A stretch of DNA of 64,000 nt from Massalongia carnosa. Taxonomy: Eukaryota. Each line of letters opens with the position of its first letter. Position 1 is the first letter of the stretch. Position numbers and translations under genes: made by a program. The stretch covers positions 2,976,001 to 3,040,000 of the forward strand of contig OZ287067.1 of the NCBI GenBank assembly GCA_965645245.1, given 5' to 3'. This document shows, in pieces, positions 1 to 11,802 of the stretch. The notes beneath the pieces were generated by a model. That model searched no databases and had not been told where the DNA came from. It worked only from the letters and a program-made list of their open reading frames with translations.

Positions 1-571
1 GGGCACTCAGGCGAAGATATAGCGTAACTGTATATGCAATGCTTATAACCTTGAGACCGTCTTTAACTGATCAGGTGAGTCAGATGTAGACTGTGAATAA
101 CGTTCGCGGCTAGGAGCGAAAAAGAAATGAATCTGATGAAATGACAGCCAGAGTTTTGCCAAAAAACTCTTCCCCTTGTATAGCGTGGGCTTCCGAGTCG
201 GAAAGACCACAAATATATCCGACAACAAGCACCGAGAAGCGCCGGTGCTTCCCTGTTAAGTCGCTGCGTCGGAAGTGCCGAATACTTTATGTAAAAGGTC
301 ATTGCAAATCGAGAACTACGTCCATCCAACATGTGAAGAGCTTAATTCGACTGGAGATGAAAGGGAGGTACTTAGAAACAATCATTATTTAAAGATAGGA
401 GTGGCATTTATACAAGACAGCGCAAGAGAGGAGAATAATTCAGTCCCCAACCCATTCATAGCCATCCATAGCCATCCATAGCGTAAAAGACATGGGAATA
501 TAAGCTCCGTCCAGGCCTGCTTAACGCCACACAAGCAAATAGCCATTCGGTACTTTAGTTCAGCTTGTCAG

Positions 572-1672
572 TCAAGACCAAAACCACCCCTTTCGCCTAG
601 AGTCTTTCACTTCAACATCCGATGCAATCTTTGATATGACCTCCTTTGTCGTAGTATTAGGGGGAGTTGCTGGTTGAGATTGTGGCTGCTGAGAGTCATA
701 AGTGGTGTGCACCGTCTCCGTACTCTCCTCTCGTCCATCTGCAAAGCGCCTTTTAAGCACAACTTTGGTGTGAATACTGCCGTCGGAGAGTTTGCTACGC
801 TCCGTTGTTGTGAGTGTTGAGACGAGGCCTTCTTGTTTGTGCTCTGATTTCGAATTCAAAGAAGTCGAATTTTGAAGGGGTTGAGGAGTCCTAATAACAG
901 AAGGATACTGGGAGCCAAGGAATCTCTCGTAAAGATCTAATTCTGTGACCTCATTTTCATTTTCATTGTTCTTGGGCTTTCTTAGCCCATCCATGGCAGA
1001 TGGTTGCTCTGATGACTGTTGGTGTAACCCGTACGGTCCATCTCCAAATACCCCGCTGCAAAGCATTGAGACCGCACGCGCATCAGCCTCGTCTTCATCT
1101 CTTCGGACATCTCCTTTCCTGCTTTGTAGAACCCTCAGGTCATCAGATGTATTTTTGCATCCGTCAATCCGAGCGCGGAAGGGCTCTTGACATTCAAGCC
1201 AAAGCTGTGAGCAAGGAATGCCTGCGGCAAAAACTAACGGCCAGCTTGAAAGCTCTGGGATACGAGGCGGGGTTGGTGGCTCTGGTAAAAAATCCGATGA
1301 CAGGTCCTGATTACGCTGAGGCACCTCCTGATCCACCGGCCTATATGGACATCTGGAAATCTTGACCTCTTCGTGTATTTTCCCTTCAACCTCGTCGCGA
1401 GCTTTCTTAAATATGTTGACAATCCTAGCAGCTTCCTCCGATTCGCGGGATAGGTGGCGCCTAAGTTCTCGGGTTTCTTGAAGCCAGACATCGTCATCAA
1501 AGGAGGAAGCCTGCGCCGTCGATGACCTGCTTTTAAAGTTTGTGGGTAGGCCTATAACGCTTTGCAAAAGACTCGACATCTGCTCATCAGCGAAGCGGCG
1601 GAATACAACGAAAGGATTGGCCGCTTCATCGTGAACCGGTTGGCGGTCAGTGCCATCATTGGATGAAGTCAT
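572..1672 (-). CDS. Conserved fungal hypothetical protein (single exon)
   Basis: Long ORF; probable start ATG at 1672 (MTSSNDG). Conserved-looking blocks NPFVVFRRFADEQMSSLL, TELDLYERFLG, STLTTTER..DGSIHTKVVLKRRFADGREESTETVH and terminal GWFWS. Confidence 0.75.
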   Translation of the reverse strand: MTSSNDGTDRQPVHDEAANPFVVFRRFADEQMSSLLQSVIGLPTNFKSRSSTAQASSFDDDVWLQETRELRRHLSRESEEAARIVNIFKKARDEVEGKIHEEVKISRCPYRPVDQEVPQRNQDLSSDFLPEPPTPPRIPELSSWPLVFAAGIPCSQLWLECQEPFRARIDGCKNTSDDLRVLQSRKGDVRRDEDEADARAVSMLCSGVFGDGPYGLHQQSSEQPSAMDGLRKPKNNENENEVTELDLYERFLGSQYPSVIRTPQPLQNSTSLNSKSEHKQEGLVSTLTTTERSKLSDGSIHTKVVLKRRFADGREESTETVHTTYDSQQPQSQPATPPNTTTKEVISKIASDVEVKDSRRKGWFWS

Positions 1673-1838
1673 ATTTGGCTGTTTTGGTTTGTGAGTCCAG
1701 AAAATGAAGAGATATGGGGATCCTTTATGTATACGTTCTATAGGAACATGCTCTGTGCTCCGTACAGAGTATGAGGCTGATCGCGGGGTATGCACTTACC
1801 GAATCTGTTTCGATATTACGCGTTGTAAGTACTCCGTA

Positions 1839-2745
1839 CGGAGGATGACACAGGAAGTTCTGGCCGACGCTAATATGCACGCTAAATAAGCCACCTACAA
1901 GGGCCTCAGCCCTACGAAGATAAACTCCTTTATTTACTCCTTTATTTACTCCTTTTTTACCTTCTTATCCACCTCCTCATCAGTCTACATTGGCCCACTC
2001 CTCCTCATCTTCAGTAGGACCTCTCTTTGAACGCAGATATCGACTGCGCCGCTCCTCAGCATCGTAAGGTCGTACCATTCCTCCTGTTCTTCCTTCTCTG
2101 TACTCGTTTCCTCCTTCAAACTCAATGACAGTCTGTATTTGACGAGGCATTCTCTATATCCAGCTTTGTATTTGTTCCTGCGATAATTCGTCCCAACATT
2201 CAGTCTATGCTACTTCGGCCTCCCGTCTGCTTCGTGGAGCTCCGAGGAGGGTCGTACGTCTTTTCATCCAAGGCCAGCATGGTTCAATCATATTGAGATC
2301 AGGTGAGTTGCCAGGCCACAAAAAGCGAAGCACTCGAAAGTCCATAAACACCATATCCTGATGTTTGGAGGTATGACAGGGGGCCTTATCTTCTTGAACC
2401 ACCGTGTTTGGACGATCTTCCCTTCCGTTTCGATCTTTGCGTACATCAGTCAATATAGCCTCCTCCAATGCAAGTGTTACTTTAGAAGGTTGGCCTGAAC
2501 GAGGTGCATCTTCTACATATTCTATCTTCAAGACTCGTGAGATCTCGGGATCATATCCTCTGCTTCTTGCTTTCTTCTTGATATGACTGATAGATCTCGT
2601 CGAGAATTCAGTGATTTCCTCTACTCTTTGGCTGATACTCCATGCTCTACGAGAGTCAAGGCCTGAAGTCTTTGAGCGATTGTCTAGTGGCGGAAGCTAA
2701 TGCAAGCTAAAATACGCTAGCCAGAACTTCCTGTGTCATCCTCCG
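1839..2745 (-). mobile_element. Non-autonomous Tc1/mariner (DD34E, impala/Tc1-like) DNA transposon, internal deletion derivative
   Basis: Perfect 26-bp TIRs CGGAGGATGACACAGGAAGTTCTGGC (1839-1864; reverse complement 2720-2745) flanked by TA (1837-38, 2746-47). Minus-strand transposase remnant: N-terminal ..ARSRGYDP..YVEDAPRSGQPSK fused directly to QED(34 aa)E with WPGNSPDLNMIE. The first catalytic D region is missing, with a frameshift near 2625 and a stop at 2205. Confidence 0.92.
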
Positions 2746-3344
2746 TACGGAGTACTCGTACCTTGTCCGCCACTAGCTGTGCGCAGCCACCGTCGAAAGG
2801 CTTTTCTTGAAAGCCAATCAGTCCATTTGAAGGAGCCAATCAATCAAAAGATTTCAATAGTGTCGTCCCGACAACCTTCTGATGGAAATTCAAGAATTCA
2901 GGATCCCGCTGAATTTGCCAACAAATACAGAGCACTCCAGCATTGATGAATTGCTCTGAGACCCAGAAAGGCATGGTAGCTAAAGGAAGTTCTCGGATGG
3001 CCAACAGCCTGTCGCTCCTGTCCCCATTTTCACTGAATGTGAAGTTTCTTTCTGGTGCTCATACGTCCCTGGAGACCCCAAGGGAGCATCGAAAAGGGGA
3101 TGTACAATACATCCTCACATTTAGCGTACGGACAGCGCTACTTTCAAATATCACTGGAAATACTTACAAACCATCTCTAGATAAAATTGTTATCGCTGTC
3201 ATTGGATTTTAAAGGATGGGAGGAAATATGAGTATTTCACCATATCCCCTTGATAATCAACCATCCCGCCAGGCGCCATCGCTATGCAACAAATATCCCT
3301 CCAAGTTATATGTCTGATACATGTGACCCCAACTAACCACCCAA

Positions 3345-5925
3345 TCAACCGTCTAACCGTTGTACTTTTCGCTTCTGCTGCTCTCGAGCCATTTTTTTGA
3401 ACAACGGGTTATGTTTACCCTTGAATTCCTTGTTTCTGCTTTTGTTGTATTCAATGTACGCCTAAGATTATGGATTTAGTCAATATCCAAACTTCGAGAA
3501 GCTTTGCAGCAGTGGTGCTTACCATGTCCTGCCCGCCACTCAGATCACTGAGCAGCCCTGCTGTTCGCTTCGTCCCTTTCTGGGCTACACCCCGGCCCTT
3601 GCTTCTAGGACCGTTCGACCGTATGCCAAAAACGTCATCATCGATCTTCTCGACATCAGCCGAAGTTTCGTTCTGGAGCATGACCTCCTGGAGCAGCTCC
3701 CGTCGCTCGCCAGGAGAGGCGTAAGCAAGGCCAGGCAAATTCTCTATACCTTGGAGATGCGTGATGACCTTGAAAGCATAGCCTTGATCAACGAGGAATG
3801 CTTGTCGTTTTGAGGAGTAATACATTTCCTGGGTGTCTTTGGAGACGAGAGAATAGAAGAAGGCGTTGAAGCCTTCGTCGTTCCTTCTTTTCGCTCTGAG
3901 GATACGCCCTAGGCGCTGTGCTTCTTGACGACGAGATCCATAGTGTGATGAGATTTGAATGAGACATGTTGCCTCAGGGAGGTCAAGCGACGTGTCTCCA
4001 ATCTTGGATAAGAAGATCGTGTTTACTTGGTCACTATGTTGAAAATTCTCTAGCACTCGCAACCGCTCGTTTTGCGGGGTCCCTCCGTAAATATAAAATT
4101 TCTTCAATTTAAGCGCGTATCGTTGCAAGGCGAAGACATTATCAGAAAAGACTATGACTTTGTCTCCCCGCTTTTCATGGTAATCGATTAGAAACTGGCA
4201 GGCTTGGAACTTCCTAGGATTCATGATGTAAAGCAATGCGCGCTTCCTGGATGATTCGCGAAGATACTCCTGATAGAACTCGGTGGTCATGGGGCACCAA
4301 ACTTCGGCACATTGCACTTTAGCTATGTGTCCCTGGTCTGCCAACTCCATCCAGTTCGCTTCATACAGTTTAGGACCAATTAAGAAGTTAAGATCGGTAA
4401 TTTTATCATCCTCGCGAAGGAGAGTTGCGGTCAGACCAAGTTTGGAGTGGGTGGCTATTGAATGTGTGACTTTTCTGAAGATAGATGCTGGTACAACGTG
4501 GACTTCGTCCAAGATCATTAAGCCCCATTCTCTCGACTGCATAAAATCCATCATCTTCTGGGCATCGTATGACCGTGACCTTGTTTGCGTCACCATTGAG
4601 TACGTAGATACGATAATACCTGTGCTTCTTGAAAACTTCTCTTTATGATCAGAGGTGAAGATTGCGATATCGTTGGGGTTGATATTTGACCATTTCAAGA
4701 ATTCGTTCCTCCACTGCACTACGGACATTGAGCTTGTGCACAGAATGACAACTCCCTTTTTGATAGTACACGCTGCCGTTATTCCTACCAGTGTCTTCCC
4801 TGCTCCACAAGGTAAGACGATGATACCACTCCTAGCCCTTCCGTTGCTAAACATCTTACTCAGGCTTTTCTCTTGATATGTACGTATTGTGGTATTTGGC
4901 TTTAAGTCGATATCAAGATTTGGGTTACGCTGATCATTGTGAAAATCGTATTCCTCGAGCACAGGGTAACCCAGCTCAAGACATCGTTTCTGGACAGGCT
5001 CAACACCATCCGCCGGTATTTCTACAGAATGAATGCGCCTTTCTTCAGTGTCATCATCCTCCTCCTCATCGTCTTCTCTGAGAGTTGCAAATATGTCCTC
5101 CACCTGAGGGGGCCCTACTTGACCGTCAGCAACAGGACGCTCTTGGCCCTGCAAATCTGGCTGTTGTTTTACGCCGGCCGCCTCACGGGTCCCAGGAATA
5201 ACAATGCCCCCAAGCTTGGGAGCTTTCTCGACAATAATGTCATCGTTTCCTCCGATCCTTTGCCGTCCGATGATCTCATCTTGCACAAGCTTCTGCAATA
5301 TCTTATTGTCCGGAGTTTCTAGAAAGTATCGGTTGTGCTTCAGGACTAGCTTCACTTTACCAAAAGCACGGGTACATTCAAGAATAAAGCCTTTTATCTC
5401 GGTGGGCAGAGGGGTTTTAGAAAGTCGATCTAGAAAGTTGATGATATCTTGAGGCACGAGGCCAACCGATACTGCGGCATATAAACTATGTACCGTCAAA
5501 GCGTATTCATGCAAGAAACTTGGGCGAGATAAAGGCTCAGCAATGGTAGTCAGAAAGTCTTGTGCCTGTGCAGCGAGGGGGGAAAAGCTTTCCAGGGTTA
5601 TTCGGGCCTTCTTTGCATCGACCCAAAGCGGACGGTTCTCATGATCCGGTTTTAGGTCCAGGTAAGAAAGGTCGCTGATGCCGCTGATCTTAACACCACG
5701 TTCCAGAGGCCGATTTTGGGTTTTGCTTTGACTTTTCAAAGATTCGGCCGAGAATATCTTTACCGCTTTACTAAGATTTTCTGCTTCGCTTTCGCTGGCT
5801 TCTTCGCCGTCTTCAGAGTACTCATCACTACTCCCAATACTCTGAGGGGTTGCTGTGCCAGAAGACGGGCGCTTTGATGGCCTTCCCACTCGTACGATTG
5901 TTGAGGCTTTGCGCTTGGACGCCAT
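3345..5925 (-). CDS. SSL2: TFIIH helicase XPB/Ssl2/Rad25
   Basis: Motifs [39 protein letters not shown]. An intron at 3462-3522 joins ..GGQDM to [19 protein letters not shown]; stop at 3345-3347. Confidence 0.97.
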
Positions 5926-6399
5926 TTAGATTCTGAGTTGTGACTCAACGATCACTATCCTAACCTCGAGATTAGAGGTAGAAAAGGCAATGTCCACTAT
6001 GTAAAGGCCTTATATTGAACCTTAGTCATACATGATGTTTCAGTTGTCGCATCTTTGATCTCAAGGCAACAAGCCTTGGAATAGTTACCCATAAATTTTC
6101 ATGGTTGACGTATAGTAGCAAACATACAAAATAACGGAGTTGGTACAATGACCCATTTAGTCTACATTTAGTTAGGGTTTGAGCTCGGACAGTTGGTTAC
6201 GTAATCACAATGCAGCTCCTAAACCATTTTCTGATGTTGAGTTCCCCCTGAAACTGCAAGACACCAATTCTCATATTGTTGACTTCCACCATTGAGCTAC
6301 AGTTGCAAAGATATCAATTCCTTGCTGAAGACTTCACTCTCACTATCGTGACTTCATCGATTTTTCTGATCAGTAAAACTGCCTAGTACGGAGTGAAGC

Positions 6400-7901
6400 A
6401 TGGCTCCAGCTATGTCCGAAGCAGCATCGCCCATTGGCATCGCCAATGTAAGTTTTTATGTTTGCTCACTCTATTGCATGACTTATTGTCAAATTGTTGC
6501 TGACCTGCTTCCTTGGAAAGCTTCCAAATCAAAGGTAGATACTCCTTCCGAAGATGGTCTGCTTGTCGAACCTAAATACCTACACATAGACACAAGATTG
6601 TTGCGAAACGTGGAGCCGCATTTACTATTATGGTTAGAGTTCTGGAATCTTTACTAAGTAAAACTAAACGCTTACTGGATACAGGTTGCGGGAGAATCGG
6701 GTTTGGGGAAAACAACTTTCATTAACACGCTCTTCTCCACTACGATCAAAAATTATGCCGACCATCGTCGTCGCCACGCGAAGCAGGTAGACAAGACAGT
6801 GGAGATAGAAATCACTAAGGCAGAGCTAGAGGAAAAGTTCTTCAAAGGTTCGTTACGTTCCAGTGATAAGGATATGTAGCTGGTCATGCTGAAACTTTCG
6901 GTAGTTCGCCTTACTGTTATCGACACCCCGGGTTTTGGGGATTACGTGAACAACCGTGATTCATGGATGCCAATTATAGAGTTCCTTGACGATCAGCATG
7001 AATCATATATGCTTCAGGAGCAACAGCCCCGGCGTGTAGACAAGATCGATCTTCGAGTCCATGCTTGTCTTTACTTTATTAGGCCCACAGGTCACACCTT
7101 GAAGCCTTTGGACATTGAGGTCATGAAACGGTTAAGCTCTAGAGTCAACCTTATTCCGGTCGTGGCCAAGGCGGATACGTTAAGCCCTGCCGACCTCTCC
7201 CGGTTCAAGCACAGAGTACGTTCTATTGTTAAGAACTTGGACCTAAGATTCTAATGTTTGCTATAGATTAGAGCGGTCATCGAAGCGCAAGGGATCACAA
7301 TTTACCAACCGCCTGTTGAAGAAGACGACGAAGCCGCTGCCCAACATGCAAGGGGTCTAACAGCCGCCATGCCATTCGCGGTAATTGGGTCTGAAAAAGA
7401 CGTTAAGACCACAGACGGACGTGTCCTAAAAGGTCGCCAGTACTCATGGGGGGTAGCAGAAGTCGAGAATGAAGACCATTGCGACTTCAAAAAACTGCGG
7501 TCAATCCTCATTCGAACGCACATGCTAGATCTCATTCATACTACGGAAGAAATGCACTACGAGGCATACCGGGCTCAGCAAATGGAGACCAGGAAATTTG
7601 GCGAAGCTAGACCAAGAAAGTTAGATAATCCCAAATTCAAAGAGGAAGAGGAAAGCTTGCGCAAACGTTTCACGGAGCAGGTCAAGGTAGAGGAAAATCG
7701 TTTCCGGCAGTGGGAGCAAAAGTTGATATCAGAACGTGATCGCTTAAATAAAGACCTTGAAAGCACTCATGCCGCGTAAGCAACTTTCCCTGCGGAAATC
7801 TGTTGGCATTTTACTAACGAACTTTGAACAGGATCAAAACTCTTGAGCAGGAATTGGAGCAGATGCAAGGTAGTGTCCAGCGAAGTCATGGGCGTCGTTA
7901 A
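6400..7901 (+). CDS. CDC12: Septin Cdc12/AspC (multi-exon)
   Basis: Spliced product begins ..[37 protein letters not shown]; contains DTPGFGD, AKAD, GRQYSWG..ENEDHCDF and a C-terminal coiled coil. Includes a 14-nt exon at 6521-6534; stop at 7899-7901. Confidence 0.93.
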
Positions 7902-8344
7902 TCTTAATCCTGTGGAGTCAAGTCTCTTCGGGCAAAATTAGCAAAGCTCAATCGAGTTTGTCCCCTGATTTCTTTTCGTCAATTCAGGCTTTTCAAAATC
8001 CCTTAGGTCCCTCCCCGTTAGTTCTGGCCTCACTATTGTAATGAACCTTTTCATGCGTGGCTAGCGGTTATCTTGCGTTGTACTCTCGCACATCTCGTAT
8101 GCGCCATGATGGCGCATTCAACGGAGAAATAGCCACTGTGTAATGTAGAGAATAATTCTGTAAGCAAGACTTGCTTTGCTCACAAAAGTGTGGTCCTGTG
8201 TATGGATAAGCAAGAGATGATCATCTCATTGAATAAATTGGGTGAGATCAATACAAGTACCAGTTTCGCCTTGTACTGATTTCTGAGGTCCGTGGGATAT
8301 GTACTCGCATATAATCGTGCCACACCACCAGTGTGCCCAACGGC

Positions 8345-10336
8345 TCAAAGTCCAAAACGGTTCAAAGAACAAATTAACGATGCATGTTCAATTTGACTAC
8401 GAAAAACCTTCCACCATTTGGTCCTTTCAACCTCCCATTTTTTACGTGCTCGAAGGAAGATATTGGCCTCACGAAACAGTCCTTTCCAGAGCTTCTTTTC
8501 GGCGTTGTCCTTTTTCAATGCGGCCGCTTTAGCTCGGTCCAAGGCCTTCTGTGCCTTTTCCACCTCATCTTCATGTCGTTTGGTGACTTTAGCACGTGCA
8601 TCTCGAACGGTGATGACCCCACCTGACTGAGCAACAGTTCCAGCAAGCTTTTTACGCGCTGCCTTAGCAATAGGCTCTGGCTGAGGTCAATAAGTCCCTT
8701 TCAGTCAATTACTGAGCATGAGCGCTAGTCATAGCACCTTTGAAAAAGCGATCGACATGCAACTTATAATTTCCGTCGATAGCATCATTTGTCTGCATGC
8801 TTCTTTGAAGTTTAATGTCAAAGATGATGATCTCAGTGAAAGTGCGAGGTGTTCTGACTAATAATGAGGCCGATGATGAAAGTGAAGGAGTAGTCGGCCT
8901 TTGACGACTTTGCGCCTCGATTTTCGAGATGATCACATTCGGATTATAAGGCATTAGTCCTGTGTTTCTGAATGCAGTTAAAATCGTCGATTTGATGAAT
9001 GTTTTGAGGCGCATATCCTGAAAAATCGACAAAAAGTGGATCTTTTTGAATTCTCCTCCTCCGACACGAATAGTCTTATCAATGACCTCAGCATGATAAT
9101 GTTTAAAAAGGCTGCAACGTCCAGTGATTGAGTCAAATGAGTGAGATGAGCAGATAATCTGAACAATTCGATGTGCTTGCTCTGTGCATACTCGAAAAAA
9201 TCATACATCATATGAGGTCTATATTCGTCCAAAATCAACAATCTTCATGCATCAATTTGCCCTTTTGCACTATGTTTATCAAAATAGCGAGATCATCATT
9301 CGAATAATCAGTTAAACTAACTGTTACGGTCTACCAAGAGGCTAGTCATAGGGACGCCATGAACGACGAAAACAATAAAGATAAAGAGGAAAGAAAGACT
9401 CGAAAAGTCGGATTCGTTCCCTATAAAGCAACGCGCTCTCTAGTCCCCATTCAGTAAGGTCGCGAAAGAGTTTTCCGCGCTATCTCGTGACTCTTGCCGG
9501 CCGACAGGTCCGTCTACGGTTTCCGTAGGTGCTCGATTAGGCTTAGTTCCTAAAGGCAAAAGGTAGAATCGTGACACTAACGACGAAAAAAATGTCATCA
9601 TTCAAAACATTTTTCAGGACCCATTTCTCTTTGATTTGTACGTCAGGAAGTATGATCATGAGGAGAATATTTCTTCCTTCATCACTAATACTCTTTACCG
9701 AGATGAGGTAGTCTCTGTTGTCTGGATTCGTCATCAAAGAGACTTATGAGAATGAGTCGAAATCACTCAATGAGCTCTTTTACAATTAATTCGAAAGCCC
9801 GTTTCATTCATGTTCCAGGTATCCCCGTCCACGATTTCCCTCAATTCTCGAAGGACCTTGTACTGCTCAAAATGCTTCATCATATTCTCCGAATCGTGTT
9901 AATGTTTACGCTCAACAGCGACGGATTTTTGTTTACGTTTGAAGTACTCCGAATGACGTTTTAAAAATCGTCTGATCCACAAGACGCTTACGATAGGAAG
10001 TGGAGTGTCGATTTTGATCACGATCAATTTGTCCAGCTAATGCTCGACCGAGCAGGTAATTAACAGCTTCACGAATCATCGAGAGCTTAGCTGATTGTTT
10101 CATATGATCCAATCGCTCAATATATGCACAACTAGCTTTGTCTTGTGCATCTGTAAGTGCTTTTTGCTTGATGAACGAGTTGATTTGAAAGCCCCTCCAT
10201 TGAGCCTTCGACGAAGTGTCCTCGAATCGACGTGAAATTTTCGAGCGACAGCGCTGGCACTAGAATAATCACCACTGTTATACGCGCTGATGGCCTCATC
10301 AAGACGATTTTCAGAGTCCCAGAACGAATCAGACAT
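8345..10336 (-). pseudogene. Fot1/pogo transposase pseudogene (HTH-psq + CENP-B HTH + DDE_1)
   Basis: ATG at 10336 gives MSDS..AVARKFHVDSRTLRRRLNG (HTH). DDE_1 remnant RLLILDEYRPH..IELFRLSAHLTHLTQSLDV and AFRNTGLMPYNP. Many stops and frameshifts; interrupted by a solo LTR. Confidence 0.88.
9322..9576. mobile_element. Solo LTR of an LTR retrotransposon
   Basis: 255 bp, TGTTACG...CGTGACA termini, perfect 5-bp TSD CTAAC (9317-9321 and 9577-9581), internal TATAAA near 9423; interrupts the pogo transposase. Confidence 0.88.
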
Positions 10337-10534
10337 GGTGGTGTGGAATGGGCACGCGTTTGGTAAAGGATGAAATAAATGGTTAATTTGGTCTTTGAAC
10401 CGTTTTGGACTTTGAGCCGCTGGGCATTGGTAAGCGAAAACGATTACTGGTGGTGTGGCACGATTAATGCATAACTTTACATGGTCGATAACCATGGGCC
10501 TCTATTATATCATTCGTACTAGACAGGAAATGTC

Positions 10535-11802
10535 ATGATATTTCCTAACCATCTGTTAACGAAGTTGACAGGCCACACTGGTGAGCATACATCATTGTAG
10601 TTCCCATGGAAACTCACCGTGATTAGGTCCAGTCCACTGCGTGAAGTATAGTGCTGGATTGGGTCAATACGTATGCTCTGCATAATGCGCTCTACCTCCT
10701 ATTTGAATCCTTCGGCTTGATCTCAACTGCTCTGACAGATTCTTACGGGGTCTGCGGATCGCGCTATTCACCTATACAATCCTGCCAAGGCAAATGTCGC
10801 TGTCCCAAAGTCCGGACTTATCCAGACATATTCCGCTCACGGATACGAAGTTCTTGACCTTGCCGTATCCGATGACAATGCGCGCTTCACGAGCGTTGGA
10901 GGGGATAAGCAAGTTTTTCTGTGGGATGTGACTGCTGTGAGGACCTTAAGGAGGTGGGGCGGGCACTTTGGGAGGGTGAACTGCGTTGCTTTCGGTGGTG
11001 ATGGTGACAGCATCGTGGTCAGCGGTATGTACTACTCTTGAGAGCTCATTCAGTGTGCTTGTAAGGATAAAGGACTGCGGAACGCTAACTGCTACGAATG
11101 TCTCTGGGATAGGTAGCTTTGACGCGACAGTCAGGTTATGGGATTATAAGAGCCAGTCTACAAAACCAATCCAGGTGTTCGAAGAGAGCCGGGACAGCGT
11201 GAGTAGTGTGCATGTCAGCGGGCATGAAATTGTGACTGGAAGCGTCGATGGCAAGTCTAGACTCTATGATTTGCGGAAGGGCATGCTTCTCGAGGATACC
11301 ATTGGGCGTATGTATCAGAATCCGTCTCTCTCTGTCTCTCGTCATTTAGGTACAATATGCTGACGCCATTGGATACGTTAAGAACCGATCACTTCTGTGC
11401 AACAGACCCGTGACGGCAACGCAGTCCTAGTCTCAACCCTGGATTCGACCATTCGGTTAATGGACCAAAGTAACGGCCAGGTGCTGCAAAGCTATCGCGG
11501 CCACACCAACAAAGATTTTCGCATACGATCCTGCCTGGGACTGGCGGACGCGGTCGTGATCAGCGGCAGCGAGGACGGGCAGGTTTATGCATGGGATCTA
11601 CTGGAGGGCACCGTGCTTGCGAAGCTCCATGCGCATGACGGCAAGGTTGCCAGCGCTGTTGCGTGCAACGGGGCGAGGAAAGAATGGGCTAGCGCAGGCG
11701 TGGATGGTGAGTGAGTTCGCATCCGGAACAGTCGGGGAGGAACCTGGCTTGCTAAAAATGACTTTTCTTTCAGGCACAGTGGCTATCTGGGGATTACTAT
11801 AA
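10535..11802 (+). CDS. WDR83: WD40-repeat protein, WDR83/MORG1-like
   Basis: Spliced exons give LTGH..GPVHCVKY..GQYVLTGSADR..QTYSAHGYEVLDLAV..GGDKQVFLWDV..GSFDATVRLWD..STLDSTIRLMD..SGSEDG; GT-AG introns. Confidence 0.85.

Larger units (their letters stand above)
8312..10466 (-). mobile_element. Degenerate pogo/Fot1-family DNA transposon
   Basis: Long imperfect TIRs (8312-8378 versus 10382-10466: TAATCGTGCCACACCACCAGT...TGCCCARCGGCTCAAAGTCCAAAACGGTTCAAAGA) enclose a disrupted transposase. Exact outer ends are uncertain by a few bp. Confidence 0.9.

Noticed and set aside
1..392. Possible terminal exons of a + strand gene entering the window (GT/AG signals near 24, 75 and 113; ORF 141-392)
   Set aside because: No recognisable protein motif, and one junction would need an atypical GAG acceptor; cannot be supported without upstream sequence.
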